Counted from the first letter of the stretch, positions 25,050 to 39,404 are shown. The stretch is DNA of 64,000 nt from Eledone cirrhosa (GCA_964016885.1 OZ024742.1:151590001-151654000), one strand, 5' to 3'. Program-made: numbers and translations. Notes: generated by a model from the sequence alone, not told the origin.

Positions 25050-25575
25050 CAATCACCTTCAATAGTGGACTCTGAAGATGGTGCTGAATTGGCGGAGTTT
25101 GATAACAATAAGAAGGGAGGTGGGTGTAAAAGCCAAACACGCTATCTTCAATTCGGTATTCGTGCCAACCTTTATCTATGGTCATGAATCTTGGATAATG
25201 ACCGAAAAGAATTCGATCGCGAATACAAGCGGCCGAAATCGGTTTCCTCCGAAGGATCTTTGGAGTAACGTTACTCGATAGATTGCGTAGCTCGGAGATC
25301 AGAGAGTCACTCCAGGTAAAACCGTTACTTCTTCGATATCACTGCTCCGATAATAATGGCAAGCGGTTAGAATGTCTCAGGAAAGAATCATCGGAGAGAG
25401 TTTACGAGCAAAACCAACCGACAGGATACCTAGGGACAGATCCCGTGCAAGATGGTTGGATAATATCCATGAGCTTGGCTGGTCTCGCTTGGGGATCCAG
25501 CGGGATTAGTTGGAGACGGTTGCTTCTGACAGGACCCGCTGGAAGGAGTGTTTGGAGACTCTGTCCCCTCGACCT

Positions 25576-25606
<31 letters not shown>

Positions 25607-25633
25607 AAGAAGAAGAAGAAGAAGAAGAAGAAG
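25050..25633 (+). mobile_element. RTE-clade LINE 3' fragment with (AAG)n tail
   Basis: Frameshifted translation AIFNSVFVPTFIYGHESWIMTEK, RSSEIRESLQVKPLL. It is related to 42880-43175 and 43690-44335. Confidence 0.75.
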
Positions 25634-25659
25634 CAGCTTTTGTGGTATTTTTTAAGTTT

Positions 25660-26125
25660 TTAAAATTCTGAGTTCAAATTCAATAAAAGACAATTTGCCT
25701 TACATTCTCCAGGAGTCGACACAATACTAGGGTTGATTTAACCAAATTTACTTTTCCCCCATATTTGCTGGTCTTGTGTCTAAATTAGAAATTAATAATT
25801 GTTTCTACTTTTGGCACAAGACCAGGAATTATCACAGTACATTACTGGTACTTTATTTCATCGACCTCGTAAGGATGAAAGGCAAAGTGAACCTCGGCGG
25901 GATTTACACTAAGACCATAAAGGTGCGTAACTCTATGTTGCGAAGCATGGCGTCCAATCTTCTACCGATACTGTCAATCCCCCGACCTCCCCATTATGCC
26001 GAGTTCAAATTTGTTTTTCATCATTCCGGGGTTGATAAAAGAAAGTACCAATAGAGTACTGACGTTGATTGATAAACTTTGCCTTTCTCCCAAATTTGCT
26101 GGCCTTCTGCCTAGATTAGAAATGA
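25660..26125. mobile_element. Cluster of SINE fragments in both orientations
   Basis: SINE body words occur on the plus strand (25665, 26000) and the minus strand (25800-25980). Confidence 0.7.
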
Positions 26126-27222
26126 ATATTTTATTCTTAAATTTTGGTGAGTTCTGTGATTGAAGAAATGTGCTCCTGGTGAGTTTGGACAGCAGCTTGC
26201 TGCTTTCAATGTTTTCAATATTGTTTGAAAAACATGAACTTCAAAACAGTTAATTTCTATATTTCTTTTGAAATAAGTAGCATTATCGTATTTAATTAGA
26301 AAGAAATCAAGCCAACAATGAGAACAAGTCATCTAGAAACAACAGCTAATTATCCCTCAAATCACATTGGTCGTCTTATATTAGGAAAGGATACATTCAG
26401 GTATTCTATGTCTGAAAAGGACGGTGTGGTTATCGGCCAAACACGTTTAGTAATAGGCCTGTCAGATAAGAACAGCGACAACAACAAGCATCATCATCAG
26501 TGAAAACAACAAACATCATCATCATCAACAACAACAACAGTAACAATATTTATAATAGTGACAGCAACAATAAAAACAAATAAGAAAAATATCAGCTGCA
26601 AGAAAGAAATTAAAAATTTGATTCGAGCTTCTCAGCTAATACAGTATATGTGACTGTCTCATCAACCGAAGAAACCACGTTTCGAATCTTATCAAGAGAA
26701 ATGTTGGTTTTTGCACTGCAAACCAATGAAGAAGATTCAGGAATGAAAGAAACTCCAAAGATGGAATTCAGAGCCATAGTAAGATAAAGATAGAGTTAAT
26801 TCAAGAACCCCAAACAAGAGTCCTCCCTATTGACCAGAAAATACACCGTCTAATGATATAACCTCGTGATAAAACAAACAATGATAAACATCGCTAACTT
26901 GGCCGTCACAGACGTAACACAAACAAAAACATTATTATCACAATGATAAATAAAATAATATATGCTACATCCACGGATGTTACAAGAGAGTGAGTGCCGC
27001 CATAAATCTACACAAACAAAGAAAGCGAAATCCACACAAATATTGAAAACAAACACAAAATATTGTAAATAAGAATAAAGACAACGAATTAGGAAATAAA
27101 ACAACGCAAGTACGTAAATGAAAATAAAAAAAGAAATACAGGTATTAAAAAAATATAATATAACATAAAAGGAAACACGTGAAGGTAATTATATATATAT
27201 CTATATATTTCTTGTAGAATTA

Positions 27223-28700
27223 CACCAGGTAACATATTTTTTGTTCCCCGGTTCTAAGTGTCATTTCATGCTTTGTTATATCCCATTATTATAAAAAAAA
27301 CTATTATTTAATCAGAAGTTTAGGTTTGTCGTCAGGAGTTTGATATTTCGAAATTTTTATATTTTTCAAGAAAAAACACATTTTTTAAACATTTATCAGT
27401 TCATATAATTAAATCAACAGAGTATATATTTATTTTATTACACTAGCTTATCAAAAGCAAACAAGTAAAAACAAATAACCTTTATAAAGCAACTTATACA
27501 CGTCAGAAAAGACTGGATTTCCTGGATTTGCGGTTGTAGTCCAGGTCGCATTCCCACACTAGCCACAGATATAGTCCCCCATCATTTTTTCATTGTAGTG
27601 GCCCTGGTACTTCCGCTCTATCTCTTTCACGTCTTGGTGGAATCGTTCGCCTTGTTCTTCTGAGTAGGCGCCATATTGTCCTTGAATTTTCCCAGGTGAG
27701 CGTCCAGCATATGGAGTTTAAGCGACATCCTGCATCCAATGGCGCCAAAAGCCTTTATCAGATCCTGCACCAGATGCTGGTAGTTTTCAGCTCTGTAGTT
27801 TCACAGGAAGCCCTTAACAACTGCCTTGAAACAGTTCCATGCTGTTCTCTCAATCCTATTGAGCTTATTGAAGAACTCGGTAGACTCAAACACCTTCTTT
27901 ATCTGAGGTCCAACAAAAGTTCCACCTTTGATTTTGGCCTCAGATAACTTAGGTAATAACTCAAGAAGGTACTTAAATGCAGCTGATTCTTGATTGAGAG
28001 CCTTCACAAACTGCTTCATCAACCCCAACTTAATGTGCAGTGGCGGCATGAGCACAATCCTGGGATCAACCAGTGGCTCCCACATGACGTTCCGTGTCCC
28101 AACTACAAATTCTGTTGCTGTTCCCAGTTCTTTCTTTTGTAGTGGTCAGAGGTGGCTCTGCTGTCCCAAACGCACAGGAAGCATTGGAATTTGATAAAGC
28201 CTCCTTGGAGTCCAAGCAGGAAAGCCACCATCTTGAAGTCTCCAATGATTCCCAATTGTACTGGTTGTATTGCAGAGCTTCCAGGAGGACTTTCACACTG
28301 TAGTAATCTTCCTTCAGGCAGACTGAATGAGCTAGGGGTAGTGTCGGGAACTTGTTTACATTGTGGAGGAGGACAGCCTTCAAACTTGTGGTGGAGCTGT
28401 CTCACAAACGGCACCCCAATAACGTCAAACAGTCCAGGCACGTCATAGCAGAAGTAGAGGTCATCTCTAAGAGTGTAAAAGCCTGAGAAAGATTCGTGTC
28501 GACTTCTCTGACTTGTCACCTGCACTTCCTCCTTGACCAAGTTCCACTGCTTCCTCCTGGAGACGAATAGCTCTGCATTGGACTTGGTCAGACCCATATC
28601 CCTGACCAAGTCATTGACTTCTTTTTGGTTTGGGAAGTGAGGAACCTTTTCTGGTACCTCAGCATCCATCTCATCCTCTTCATCAGAATACTTATCTTGG
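27223..28700 (-). mobile_element. Decayed DNA transposon, Chapaev3 (CMC)-like transposase pseudogene
   Basis: Frameshifted minus-strand peptides NDLVRDMGLTKSNAEL, GDFKMVAFLLGLQGGFIKFQCFLCVWDSR, PLHIKLGLMKQFVKAL and EEQGERFHQD. A possible TIR caccaggtaaca lies at 27223. The superfamily name is from memory. Confidence 0.75.
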
Positions 28701-29778
28701 AAAATAAATTTGATATGCAATACAAAATAAATATTGGAAAGGGAAATACATATTTAAATAATATAAAAGAACACTAATCATACTAACGAAAATTCGTGCT
28801 TAAAACACAACTTATCCTTTATTCAGGGTGCGAAAATCCAGTATCAATAAATCTCTTTAATCCACTTTTTAACAATTTTATACTTTATTGCATTTTTATA
28901 ATTTTTTTTAGGTATTACTCTTTATTTTATAATTTTAATTTAACCCGAAACATATATTAACAAAATCATTTAACAAAAAGTCTAAAGGGGCAATCCCGAC
29001 CAGTGTCTGGTCAGGGTCCCCATGCTGGGCTGTCTTTCATTTTCCATCGATGGAGGTAATGGGCTGTCCTGGCATGCGTTGTACGGATCCGATTAAGAGA
29101 CAATTATTGCTTTATAGGAACGTCAAAGTTGGGTGGTTTAGATGTGGGGTCCTAGACGAGGTCTTGGTTGGTAAATTTGGACTAATTCCATGATCTTCGC
29201 CACTCTTCCGTCAGATCAAAGTTATTGTCTTGAAGGTTCTTCATTGATTCCCAGAATGGCTTGCGTGATTTTATGCGCATATTGGGAAAGTTTTCAAAGG
29301 CTTGGAATTGGTAAGAAGTGCTGCCTCGAGTATCCTCTCCTGATTCTGTAAGCGTGAAGGAGCTATATGAGAAAGAGAAGGAAACCACTGAATAAGTGTA
29401 GATTTCGGTGTGCTATATACTATTTTCATTGCCGGATTGACGATGGTGTCAAGTGCCTCACTGAGCTCAAAGTTCAAATGCAGCATTGCTCAACTTTGAT
29501 TTTCATATTTTCGAGGTTGATGAATAAAATATGATAACCTAATATTTTAAAGAACAATTCAAAGCTGAAGTGCTGCAGACGTCAAAGATCTTATAGCCAA
29601 TCGACGAAGAAAGGGTAAAAAAAGTTTGTTAAATATTTGAAGTGCATGAATAATTACTAACGTACAGTAATCTGACTAGAATATTAAAAATAGACGGAAT
29701 ACAATCATTATTTTCATATATATCAACACCATAAAGTTGTAAGCAAACAGTGGTTTTATTTTGTCTTTGCCATGTGCT

Positions 29779-29806
29779 CTATCTATCTATCTACATATCT
29801 ACCTAC

Positions 29807-29895
<89 letters not shown>
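29779..29895. repeat. (TATC)n microsatellite
   Basis: Directly visible. Further tracts lie at 33404-33479, 38811-38841, 38931-38964 and 61389-61413. Confidence 0.95.
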
Positions 29896-32800
29896 ACAAA
29901 AACACCAATCACCAACACAAACAACAACACAAACACCACCACAATCAAACCCCGCCTACCATCAAAACAAACACCAACACCACCCCAAACACAAATGCTC
30001 ACCATAAAAAGAAAACTACAAAATGATTAACAAACAAAAACAACGCAACAAAAAAAACAAACAAACAACAATGCACATACTTTAACACAAACAACAAAAA
30101 TCTAATGGAGGTCATCTCCCAAGACCCCAAAGTAGAAACTGAGGGGAAAACTTTTGTCAAGTCAGACTCTCAACCACACCTAAAACTGATAAGGGTTTCG
30201 ATGGAAACCTATAAGAAATTAAAAGAACAATTTTCGCAGGACGTTGGCAACCCCTGTCAAAAATCTATTAACCACGCCCTATTAAAATGTTTCCCCACCC
30301 AACACCCCCACCAGCACTCAAATAGAGATTTAACAACCCGATCTCCAGGAAACGAAAAGGTAAGTGCATCTTTTCGTCCTTTTTCGCCAACTCTTCTCCA
30401 CCAACATGGCTAATTTACGAGTTGGAAGTGTGAATGTGCGTGCCCTAGGGATGCCCTGGAAACAGGGCCAACATTTAAACGACCTTAGGTCACACGGTAT
30501 GGATGTGATAGCCATCACCGAGTTCAGGATCCACAACAGGCAGCAACTAAACCCCATCTTCAATGACTTTGAGATCTACGCATCTCTCTGTCAGCCAAGA
30601 GGTGGAGGACGATTGGCTGTCATGTTTCGGAAAAACTTCGACCTCGAAATAAAGCAAGTACACTTGGACTCGAAGGGTAGACTGGTAGTCCTAGACATGA
30701 ACAGTGTTGGAGGGGGAGCCTTCAGACTGGTGGCCGTTTATGCCCCGACTGGGCAATCGCGGCCAGACTTCTTTAAGCGTCTAGAGTCTTTTCTGGGAAC
30801 GTCTCGCTCCTTGCTTTTAGTGGAGGACTGGAATGGTATCCTAGACGTACGATAGGACTATGTAGGAACATGTTCCAGTAGAGGGGGAGAGGGTGTGAAA
30901 CAGCCTCAAAAATTTAATTGGCCAATTCCAACTGGCCGATAGGTATCGACTAGATTTCCCGACTGCACCACAGTGGACGTGGACAAACCTCAGCGGAACA
31001 TCTAGATCGTATTTAGATAGGTTCTTTATTAGAGAGAGGGACAAGAAGATGTTAAGCTGTCCACAAATGTACATGGTTGCCTATTCAGATAACAAACTAG
31101 TCACCTGCATAGTCAACCATGATAGAACACATAGACAAGGACCCGGATACTGGAAGCTGAACATGTCGTTACCGACCCGTAATGCCTACAGTGAACGGAT
31201 AAGTAGATTAGTTAAGCAAGAGTTGACGGGAGCCATCGTCAACAATAGATGGTGGTACTCTCTCAAGAGAACAATTAGAGCAGAGTCGATAGCTTTTAGC
31301 AAAGAACGAGCCTTAGAGAAAAACAAAACAGAAACAAAACTAGTAGCCAGTGTAGAGGAGGCACTTAGGAGTGGCAACGCAGCTAGAGTGCTAGCATCGA
31401 GAACGGCATTAGACCAATTCTTCGATGCGAAACACGAAGGCTGCGTGGTGAGAAGTAGATCGCGTGATCTAGGAAACGAGGGAGCAAAAGCTGTTAGCTG
31501 GGCCCAAGTGGCAGAGGCGAAAAGTGGCAACAAGTCCACGATTCGGTCTTTGAAAGACCAAAACGGACGCGTGCTACTTGACTCCAAGCGGATGTGCATG
31601 ACCTTTCAGCGGCACTTTGCGCAACTGTTCGAGCAGAGCGGCGGTTCACCGAACGAGGCAATGGACTTCGGTTCATACCTCGACGGCCTGCCGCGTCTCT
31701 CGAGCATGGACGCCGAGTTCTGCGAAAGACCGATCACAGTCACTGAGATACGGGACGCTCTGGGCCGCTGCGGGAAACGCAAATAACCTGGTCTAAATGG
31801 TCCACCCTATGAGATTTTCCTTAGGCATGCCGGACTTGTTCTCTGGCGTCCTTGAAGCCATCTACTGCAACTGGCACCAGGCCGGGATAATTCCCAGTTC
31901 TGCAGGCAGGGGCGTAGTAACGCTGATCAGGAAAGATGAGAACAAGGGGGACGAACTAAGTAACTTTAGGCCCATAACTCTGCTCAATACAGAGTTAAAG
32001 ATTTTGGCCAGGGTTTTAGCTACGAGGCTGGCGCTTGTCGTCGAGAACCTGGTAGGGAAATTGCAAAAGTGTGCAATCCCGACCAGGTCCATACACGACA
32101 ACCACCACCTCATGTGATACATCATAGAGAAGGTCGGGTGTAAACCCGGCTTCGTTAGGGCTCTGATCAACTTAGATCAGTCTAAGGCGTTCGATAGAGT
32201 CGACCATCGATACTTGGAAGCGGTTCTTAAGGCGGCCAGTTTCGGACCCTTCTTCAGAGGCTGGGTCGCCGCAATGCACACCAATATCTGCTGGACAGTC
32301 AAGGTGAACGGCTACATATCGGAGCCGTTCGCAATCACGCGTTCCATTCGACAGGGATGCCCTATCTCCTCCATTCTGTACGCACTGACTCTAGAGCCAC
32401 TACTGCGGAAGTTGGAGCTGATGCTCGGGGTCTGGTTCGGTCTGGACCTCCAGGTGGAGAAAAAGTGGACCCAGGTCACGGCGAAGGTGTTTGCACTCAC
32501 CCAGAAGTGGACTGAGTGCAAACTCTCCTTGAAAGGTCGAGCGGAGGTGGCGAACACTTACATAGTGTCCGTCATCTACTACCGCTTGACAGCCGTGCCT
32601 TGTTCCCGCGAATACCTCACCAAAATGGAACGCCTACTCTTCAAGTTCCTCTGGAAGAAACAGGCTCCATTGGTGAGGAGATCCATCTGCTGTCAACACC
32701 CTTCTAGCGGAGAATTGGGCAGGCCGTGTCTGATGATGCGCAAACATGCGCTAATGCTACGGCATCTCCAGGTATTCCTCACCGACCAACCGGTGTGGGC

Positions 32801-33403
32801 ACCGTTTGTGAGACAGGCCTTCTCGCATCTTGTCTCGCTGACGGAGCTGCAGTCCTGAGTCGAGCGGAGCCCAAAGAAGATGGGCGCATGGCACATTGAA
32901 TGCGCTCAGGCGCTCACAGTCCTCTGTCAAGCGGGCACAGCAATCAGTGGAGACTCCACTTCGACATTCTATAGAGGGTTAGTACGTCATAAGGGCGACG
33001 ACGTGCTCGGAGAGACTCTGGGCGTCGAAGACGAGGAACTCACCAGTCTGTTTGGTAGGACTTTCTGCCCGGGACCTATGGACAACTTCCAGATCCCTGG
33101 CCTCGCAGTGCTACCGAGGAGCTCTACCAGTTCGAGACAAGATCTACAGGCACGGACGCCCCGGCAGGGATCCTTCCAAGAGGACGTGTCCAAGATGCGA
33201 GCAAGACATTGAAACCGTCATGCACCCAATTGTACACTGCCCGGGCGTAACTGACCTGTGAAACTACGCAGAAGAACTGCTGTCGCGTATGGGACAAATC
33301 CAGTTGATAGTAAGGATCAAACCGCCAACTTCTTTCAAAAACATCCCCGGCATGTGTCTTCGTATTGTTCCCTTTTTTGTGCGCCCTTGTGGCAAATAAA
33401 GAA

Positions 33404-33404
<1 letters not shown>
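29896..33404 (+). mobile_element. L1/Tx1-type LINE copy A (5'-truncated; ORF2 APE-RT pseudogene with the YADD region deleted)
   Basis: MANLRVGSVNVRAL, VYAP, DWN, GYWKLN, NFRPITLLNTELKILA and SIRQGCP are present. LRKLEL is joined directly to MLGVWFG. The 3' end has aataaa followed by (TATC)n. Confidence 0.9.
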
Positions 33405-33479
<75 letters not shown>

Positions 33480-36400
33480 CGGAGAAGATAGACGTGTTTT
33501 TGTTTCGCTCCTGCATTTTGTCGGAAGTTATTACGAGAAGCGTTAGGTTTGTTTAAGTAACTTGTTATTTGTTGTGTTTAACCCCTCGCCTAGGCATGCA
33601 GACGTTTGGTAAAATAAATTTCGCCTCTTTTTTGGGCGAAATTTAATAGTTATAAGTTGTCGATAAAAAGTCGTTTAGTGACAATGGACGCCATTAATAC
33701 GACACATGCCACGCCCCCTCCAAGGAAAGTGATAGAGAGAAGTTAGAAGCACAACGCTGTAAGCCTTCCCTCCTCACTCCCGCAAAAGACACCACGGAAT
33801 CAAAAGAAAAAATTGTGGAAATGGGTGAAAACCCCAAAAGTAACAATTACACAAACAAGAACAACAATGACAATAACAACACAACCAACAACAGCAATAA
33901 TGACAACACCAACAAATGAAAAAAGCAAGCCAACACGAATAATAACAACAACAATGATAACAACACGAAAGAAAACGGATCCACAGCTGCAGTCTCCTTC
34001 GCACAGGCGGTCTGAGAAACGCAGACATACAAGGCAATGGACATTTCGAATGCCAAGAAATTGCTGAAAGAAGCAAGGAATTGTGTAAATTTCGGGGAAG
34101 TTGGGGAATTCACAATTACCTCTCCCGAAGTAATTAGAAGGGACACAGTCCTGAGGACTGTATTCTTTAAGACAGTTTCCAACACGACTAGGAAACCGGC
34201 TCAATTGTCCCAAAGCGAAATTGAGCTGGTCCTAAGTAGTGCCTGGAAGGATATCGCTTTCATACAGAAAGGGAAACTGTATGGAAGCATATCTGTTTTT
34301 AATGCAAGATGAATTGGCGGCACGGAAATATTCTGTGTCGCCAATTGTATCCAAAGCATACACCCTTTTCCCCACATATTTGGAGAAAAGAACTCAAAAG
34401 ATAAGAATCTGTGGCATTAAGCCAAATGCGAGCATTTGATGGGTGCTAACGGGATTCTTAGAAGATGAGGACACAATCCTTTCGATAGGCGAATCCACCG
34501 GGGGCGTATTCGGCAGCAATAGCCTTGAAGATCTGGTCCAAATGAGACCAGAACAGATAGCAAGAATACCGCAGCGTGTGTCCCTAGATGGAGTCGCCTT
34601 CATAAACATTTCTGTTGAGGGCAGGCGGCCTTCATGCTACCACTGTTCAAGAAATGGTCACCTGAGGGCTTCCTGTCCCCTTTTAAATGCCCCCCCAAAA
34701 AAGACGCTTCTTCCCACCCCACACACAACAACACAACCACCACCACCACCACCACCACCACCACACAACAACCACAACAACACGAAAAAATAACAACACA
34801 AGACACTGTCCACCCAACCCCTCCCCACCTAAAACAAATACAAAAGCAACCACAACAAAACCCCAAAATATACCCTTCCCCAACAACACTGGCGAGGACC
34901 CCTTATCAACGTCACCTAATGACGAAGAGAGAGAACCCTTTCAACCGGTAAAAAGAAAGAAAAGAAGGCACCACATTAACAAAAATGCAACAAACACACA
35001 ACCACCAGCACAAATTGAACAAAACGCAAACACACACAAGAACAACAAACAAAAACAAACACAACACAACGAAACAGTATACATACATCAACACAAACAA
35101 CAAAACACTTGTGCAAACAATAGATAAAGACCCTTCGGTGGAAAACGAAGGGAAAATGTTCACCAACACGGCGACTAAACCGCATTTTAAAATGATTAGG
35201 GTCCCAAGGGACACCTACGCAATGCTCAAACAGCACTTTCCCGAGGACGTAGGGAACCCCTGTACTAGACCTATCAACCGCGTCCTCTTGATATTGTTTC
35301 CCCACCACCACCCCAGACACCCCTCTACTACCAAACACCTCCACTACACCATACACTGATGTCCCCACCACATGGTGGGTGGGGGGTTGTTCTGCGAAAA
35401 CACCTGGGCCTCGCAACACGGAAGGTACACCTGAACCCGGAGGGTTGACTGCTGATTCTAGACGTAGGCAGTAGTGAAGCTGGAGCCTTCAGGCTGGTGG
35501 CAGCGTATGCACCATCTGGGGCACCACGACCGGACTTCTTCCAACGCCTAGATACTTTTCTGGGAACGTATCGCTCCTTGCTTTTCGTGGGGGACTGGAA
35601 TGGTATCCTGGATGCACGTTGGGACTATGTAGGGGGGGGGGGGTGTAACAGCCTCAAACGGTTAATCGGCTGATTTGATCTGGCCGATAGATATCGACTA
35701 GATTTTCCGACTGTGCCACTGTGGACGTGGACTAATCTCAGCAAAACATCTAGGTCGTACCTAGATAGGTTCCTAGTTAGAAATAAGGATAGGGACATAT
35801 TAAGCTGTCCACGAATGTTCATGGTTTACTATTCGGATCACAAGTTGGTGACCGGAGTGGTCAACCTTGATAGAACCCATAGACAAGGATCCGGTTACTG
35901 GAAGCTAAACTTGTCCTTACCGACAAAAAAAGCTTACTGTAAGCGGATTAGCACTCTAGTTAAACAGTGGTTGACGGGGGAAATTGTCAACAGCAGGTGG
36001 TGTGGCTCTCTCCAGAGAGAAATTAGAATAGAATCGACAGGTTTTAGTCAGGAATTAGCATCAGATAGGAATAGAACTGAAAGGGAATTGATAGTTAGAG
36101 TAGAAGAGGCGATTAGGAGTGGCAACGTGGCCGGCGTGCTGGGGTCAAGAACGGCCCTAGACCAGTTTTTTGACGCGAAGCACGAGGGCTGCGTTGTCAG
36201 GAGTAAAATACGTGCTCTGGGTAAAGAGGGAGCCAAAGCTGTTAGCTGGGCCCGAATGACAGGAAAAAAGTGGAAACAAGTCCACGATTCGGTCTTTGAA
36301 GGACCAGGATGGAAGCGTGATCCTTGAACCTGAGCGGATGTGCGCGGCCTTTCAACGGCGCTTTGCACGACTGTTCAGGAGGGGCGGTGGGCCGGGTGAG

Positions 36401-38809
36401 GCAATGGATTTCGCTCCATACCTCGACGGTCTGCCGCGGCTCTCGGACGAGGAAGCCGATTTCAGCCGCTGAAATAGGGGAAGCGCTGAGCGAATGCGGC
36501 AAACGAAAACTCCCGGTCTCGATTGTCTACCATAGGAACTTTATGTAGCGATGCCGGACTTATTCTCCGATCTCCTCGAGGCGGTCTACTGCAACTGGCA
36601 ACAGAACGGGAGAATTCCCAGTTTTGTGACCAAGGCCGTAGTCACGCTGGTGAGGAAGGACGAGAACAAGGGGGATGACATAGATAACTTCAGGCCCATA
36701 ACTCTGCTAAACACAGAGTTAAAGATTTTGGCCAGGTTGTTAGCGAAGAGGTTGGCGCTTGTCGTCGGGAACCTGGTGGGAGAAGCGCAGACATGCGCAA
36801 TTCCGTCCAGGTCCATACACGACAATCTCCACCTCATGCGATACATCGTAGAGAGGGTAGAGAACGAACCCGGCTTTGGTGGGGCCCTGATAAACTTGGA
36901 TCAATATAAGGCGTTCGATAGAGTCAACCATCGGTACCTGGATGCGGTGCTCGCGGCGGCAGTCTTCGGACCCGTTTTCAGGGGCTGGATTGCTGCATTG
37001 AACAGCAGCAACACCTGCTCGGGGGTCAAGATGAACGGCTACCTCTCGGAGCCGTTCCAAATCACGCGATCCATCCGACAGGGATGCCCTCTCTCCTCCC
37101 TTCTGTATGTGTTGGCTCTCGAGCCACTACTGCGGAAGTTGGAGCTGTTGCAGGGAATCTCCTTGGAACCGGGATTGCGGAAAGCGGTGTCGGCCTACGC
37201 CGATGACGTGACAGTAATGGTATCGTGCGCCTCGGAAATCGGGCAGATCGGCACCTTACTGAAGGAATACGAAAGGTTTACAGGAGCTAAGCTGAACCGG
37301 GACAAGTCCGTCGGTTTGAAACTCGGAACGTGGAGAGGCAAACCGATACCCACCGACGGCGTCGTCGGACGCTGGACGGAGGGACCGGTGACGATGCTCG
37401 GGGTCTGGTTCGGACTGGACCTCCAGGTGGAGAAAAACTGAGACGAGGTAACGGGCAGGGTGTTTGCACACGCCCAGAAGTGGACCGAGTGCAAACTATC
37501 CCCGAAAGGTTGAGCGGAGGTGGCGAACACTTACATAGCGTCCGTCATCGACTACCGCTTGACCGTCCTGCCTTGCCCAGCGAAAACGTTCGCCAAAATG
37601 GAGCGCGCGCTCTTCCGATTCCTTTGGAAGAAGCGGGCCCCTTTGGTGAGAAGATTCATCTGCTGTCAACACCCTTCGAACGGAGGGCTGGGGAAGCCGT
37701 GGCTGACGTGGCGTAGACACGCATTAAGGCTACGGCACCTCCAGGTATTCCTCACCGGTCAACCGGTGTGGGCCCCTTTTGTGAGGCGAGCCTTTCTGAG
37801 ACTCGTCTCACTCACTGAGCTGCAATGCTGGGTAAAGCAAAGACCGAGAAAAGTAGGCGACTGGCACATTGAATGTGCCCAGGCGCTCACGGCCTTCTGG
37901 CAAGCGGATCCGGCAATCAGTGGAGACTCCACCTCAATATTCTATAGAGGGTTGGTGCGCAGCAAGTGCGACGACGCTCTAGGAGAACTCTTGGCATGGA
38001 GGAAGACGAACTAGCCAGTCTGTTCGGTAGGACGTTTGGCCCGGGACCGATGGACAACTTCCAAAAGTCCCTGGGAGGGACCCCGTTCGGGACAAGCTCT
38101 ACAGACACGGGCGCTCGGGTAGGGACCCCGCCAAAAAGATCTGTCCGAGATGCGTGCTTGACGAGGAAACCGTAGTGCACGCATTCGTACACTGCCCGGG
38201 CATTGCTGACCTGTGGTGCTATGTGGAACGACTACTGTCGCGGGCGGGACCAATCCGGTTGACCACCGAGTACATTGTCACGATCGAACCGCCCCCCCCC
38301 CCCGTTTCAAAAACGAAGCAGAGGCAGTTTTCCTCTGTGCGATAGCTATGGCGAAAGAGGTTGTATGGTGGACGAGGTTGAAAGGGCTGAGGTCAGACAC
38401 CTTTCTCTCTGGCCAACAACTGGTCCTTTTTTTCAAGTACCATTTTAGAAGAAGGATCAGAATGGAGAGAGAGGTGCTCTACCCCAGCAAGTTTTATGAA
38501 AGGTGAGTGAAAGTGGCGAGAAGGGCCCGAGTGAATGGGCCTTCTCTCTATATCAGCCTGTAGGTGCGAGAGGAGAAGAAGGAGGAGAGGAAGAGAGCAC
38601 CCGCTCTTTGTGCTCCTGAGGAGGAGGGTTGCAAATTTTTTTCGGGGGTGTGGGCAACCCACATCAACGCCCCCCTCCCTATTGAGGACTTCGATTGTTG
38701 AATTTGATTTGTTATATGTTTTTACACGTCCTTTGAAATGTATGTAAACTCCCCCTCCCCCTTGTATTTGTCCCAATCTTTGATGCCCTGGTGGCAAATA
38801 AACAGAAAG

Positions 38810-38810
<1 letters not shown>
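33480..38810 (+). mobile_element. L1/Tx1-type LINE copy B (near full length, decayed)
   Basis: ORF1 remnants include a CCHC knuckle (CYHCSRNGHLRASC). ORF2 has an N-terminally deleted APE, an RT at 36551-37441 with AYADD, and a C-terminal C..C/H...C motif. Confidence 0.9.
36551..37441 (+). pseudogene. RT domain of Tx1 copy B
   Basis: NFRPITLLN, LDQYKAFDRV, IRQGCPLS, YADD. It is flanked by stops and frameshifts. Confidence 0.9.
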
Positions 38811-38841
<31 letters not shown>

Positions 38842-38930
38842 GATAACATTTTACACGCTTTTATTGTATGTAAACTTCCCCCTTTGTATTTGTCCCCTTC
38901 TTTTGTGCCCCTGTGGCTAATAAAGAAACA
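38842..38930 (+). mobile_element. Severely 5'-truncated Tx1 3' end in (TATC)n
   Basis: tgtatgtaaact...ccctgtggctaataaagaaa matches the 3' ends of copies A and B. Confidence 0.8.
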
Positions 38931-39293
38931 TATCTATCTATCTATCTATATATCTATCTATCTAAATTATATTTAATTTATACAATTGTCTATATATAAT
39001 ATAATATTAATATAATTTGGAGGTTTAAGAAAAATACCTTTTTCTCTTCCAATAATATCTAAAAGCAGATACCATTACAATATAATAAGCCATACAAGAT
39101 TATACATAATTTATTCTGCTTGGGGGAGCAGAAAATCACAACAGCTAATTAAAACCTAAATGTTAATGTAAGCATATTATATACTTCATCCCTCAGTTTT
39201 TTCACTACACACACATACACACACATACACGCACGCACCCCCACGCACATGCACGCACGCATGCACGCACACACATACACACACACACACGCG

Positions 39294-39404
<111 letters not shown>

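Noticed and set aside
26665-26705. Minus-strand UUGAUAA-GAUUC-GAAA motif
   Set aside because: It has no stem I and no palindromic stem III, so it is likely chance.
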